Assembly: GCF_004010195.1 (NCBI RefSeq)
Contig: NC_057749.1
Location: forward strand, 22,478,976-22,542,975
Direction of reading: 5' to 3'
DNA: 64,000 bases
Source of the DNA: Chiloscyllium plagiosum
Lineage: Eukaryota
Both the position numbers and the translations under genes were made by a program. Shown in pieces: positions 61,736 to 64,000 of the stretch (position 1 is its first letter; the number at the start of each line of letters is the position of its first letter). Below the pieces are notes generated by a model. It did not search any database and was not told the origin of the DNA. It saw only the letters and a program-made list of their open reading frames with translations.

Positions 61736-62139
61736 ACTTTGCAGTGGTGCTGGAACTGGAGATGGGGCTAGCAGCTTTGTGATTGGGACAATAAAATTCT
61801 AAAGAAAAGGCTGATATTCTCACCACATAAAACTAGTCTTCTGCAAAACAGCCTGATTAAAGAAGCCACAACACCACGTGTTGGCAGACAGGGTTGTTTT
61901 GATCAAGGTAACTCAGAAAGCGAGGTATCATGAAGTACCGAACCTCCTGTGCCCAGTACAGGAAGGCATGGAGCAATCAGCCGCAGGGAAGGGGGGGGAT
62001 CACATCAAATTCTCGCCATGGGCACTAAGCTGTAAGACTCTGCTCTCTGTGAGAACCACTAGCTCGCTCAGCGCTCTCACTCCATGTGCGGTATAAACAC
62101 AGCAAAAATGTCTCCGACACCAGGGTGCCCAGAACCAGG

Positions 62140-62420
62140 GTGGCCACATAGTCTAAGGAATGCAGGATCAGCCATTTCGGACTGAGATGAGGAGAAATGT
62201 CCTCACCCAGAGAGTGGAAAACCTGGGGACTTCTCTGCCCCAGAAAACAGTTGAGGTCAAAAAGATGAATGTGTTTAAGAAGCCATTAGATATGGTTCTT
62301 CGGGCTAAAGGGATCAAAGGATATGGGGTGAAAATCAGCCATGATCATAAAATATGGCACAGCAAGTTTGAAGGGCTGAATGGCCTACTCCTGCTCCTAC
62401 CATCTGTGTTACTATGGGAT
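62140..62420 (+). mobile_element. CR1-clade LINE 3' fragment
   Basis: FRTEMRRNVLTQRVENL plus tail. Confidence 0.75.
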
Positions 62421-62685
62421 ACAAAATAGATCTGAGCTTGAACCCTCACATTCCAGCTTCTGAAAGTCAGAGGCAACTACTCCAAGCAAAACTATTTTGG
62501 AGTTAATTGCTCAGAATAAGGTGGAGTGCAGAATTCATGTAACACTCACTGTGCAATGAACTGATACTACTCCAACATCAGACCCCCAACAGTCAATTCC
62601 CCACGCTCACATTTCACTTACACCCACACACGCACAGACACCACCCCGCAAACACACTTCCACAGAGAGAAAGAGACAGAGAGAT

Positions 62686-62900
62686 TGAGTTTGCACATTC
62701 TCCCCGTGCCTGTGTGGGTTTCCTCCCACAGTCCAAAGATGTGTAGGCCAGGTGAATTGGCCATGCTAAATTGCCCATAGTGTTCGGTGCATTAGTCAGA
62801 GGGAAATGGGTCTGGGTGGGTAACTCTTCGGAGGGTCGGTGTGGACTTGTTGGGCCGTAGGGCCTGTTTCCACACTATAGGGGAATCTAATCTAATCTAA
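62686..62900 (+). mobile_element. 5'-truncated HE1-type SINE within CA/GA repeats
   Basis: V-domain and (AATCT)n tail. Confidence 0.85.
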
Positions 62901-63499
62901 TAATAATAACACACACATGCAGATAGACATCCACAGAAACATACACACAGATGGAGACACTCCCTCCTGCAAACACACCTCCAGAGATACACACATAATT
63001 CACTTTCAGATGTTAGGAACCCATTCAGACACCATTAGTTTGATTCAATTGTAAATCATTGCATGACTAACTGCCAGATCCCTGTGAATCTCTCCTCACA
63101 CTTCAATGTATACTCACCCAAAGATTCACTTAGCTTTCTCATTAATTCACTCACTTATAAGGTCTTCTGGCATCCAATCAGAAAACCCTCTGGTACCCAA
63201 TGGGAGTCTACTGCCAAGTCCCATGGGATCCACTCATAGACCTGGGAATCCAGGTGGCAGGTTCCTGGAGCTCCCCCCCATGCATGATGGAGAAGATATT
63301 CTCCACACTCATTTTGCATGAGTCAGCAAGAGATCCTGGAATGTTCTCAAGAACCAATCAACATTGCCCATTTTCAGAAATTTGAATTGTATTGAAGAGG
63401 AGGAAGCGGTTAGTATTTTCAGCCCAGTTCAGGGCCTTGCAAATCTGTATGGTACAAGACATCTCCACTGATATCTGACAGCTCCATATTCAAGTTTGT

Positions 63500-64000
63500 G
63501 CCAAATATAGACAAGGTGGTGAAGAAGGCCTTTAACACAATTGCCTTCATCGCTCAGACCATTGAGTATAGGAGTTGGGATGTCATGTTGAGGTTGTACA
63601 GGAGCTTGGTGAGGCTCCTTCTAAAATACTGTGTCCAGTTCTGGTAGCCCATTTTACAGGAAGGATATTATTAGGATGAAGAGAGTTCAGGAAAGATTTG
63701 CAAGGATGTTACTGGGAATGGAAGGTTTCAGCTTTGAAAATAGATGTGGACTTTCTTCATTGGAGTGTAGAAGACGGAGGAGTGGTTTTACAGAGGTTTA
63801 CAAAATCATGAAGTGTATAGATAATGGCTGGGTTCTGCTCCTTAGGCTGGCGGATTTCAAAACCTGGGAGCACATTTTCAAAGAAAGAGGAGAAAGATTT
63901 AAAAAGGACATGAGGGCAACTTTTTTTTAAAAAACACAGAAGGTGGAATCAACTTCCAGAGGGAGTGCTTGGGTGAGAGTACAATTACATTGTTTAAAAG
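63500..64000 (+). mobile_element. CR1-clade LINE fragment running off the window
   Basis: FYRKDIIRMKRVQERFARML and FTEVYKIMK motifs. Confidence 0.8.

Overview
Eukaryotic, repeat-dense, apparently intronic or intergenic DNA from a cartilaginous fish, most likely a shark. This assignment rests on the HE1-type V-SINEs and CR1/HER1-type LINE tails; the species cannot be read from the sequence. No host protein-coding gene, rRNA, functional tRNA or CRISPR array can be supported. Nearly all ORFs in the track are readings of retroelement remnants or microsatellites. The window holds about 28 HE1-type SINE copies or fragments, dozens of 5'-truncated CR1 LINE fragments, a second L2/Crack-like LINE family, Rex1/Babar LINE remnants, DeuSINE-like and other tRNA-SINEs, solo-LTR-like repeats, a Tigger-like MITE, minisatellites and two assembly gaps. 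The most notable signal is a set of Penelope-like element (PLE) termini from at least four sequence families, each carrying a minimal hammerhead-ribozyme motif. Many are inserted as fold-back palindromes flanked by 11-16 bp target-site duplications (TSDs). In one fold-back, the 48-bp hairpin apex is copied into the ribozyme core. A few repeat-free islands look like candidate enhancers (Pbx-Hox/Meis at about 2.3 kb; GATA-ETS-RUNX-IRF at about 34.3 kb). Repeat boundaries are read by eye and are approximate unless a TSD is quoted.
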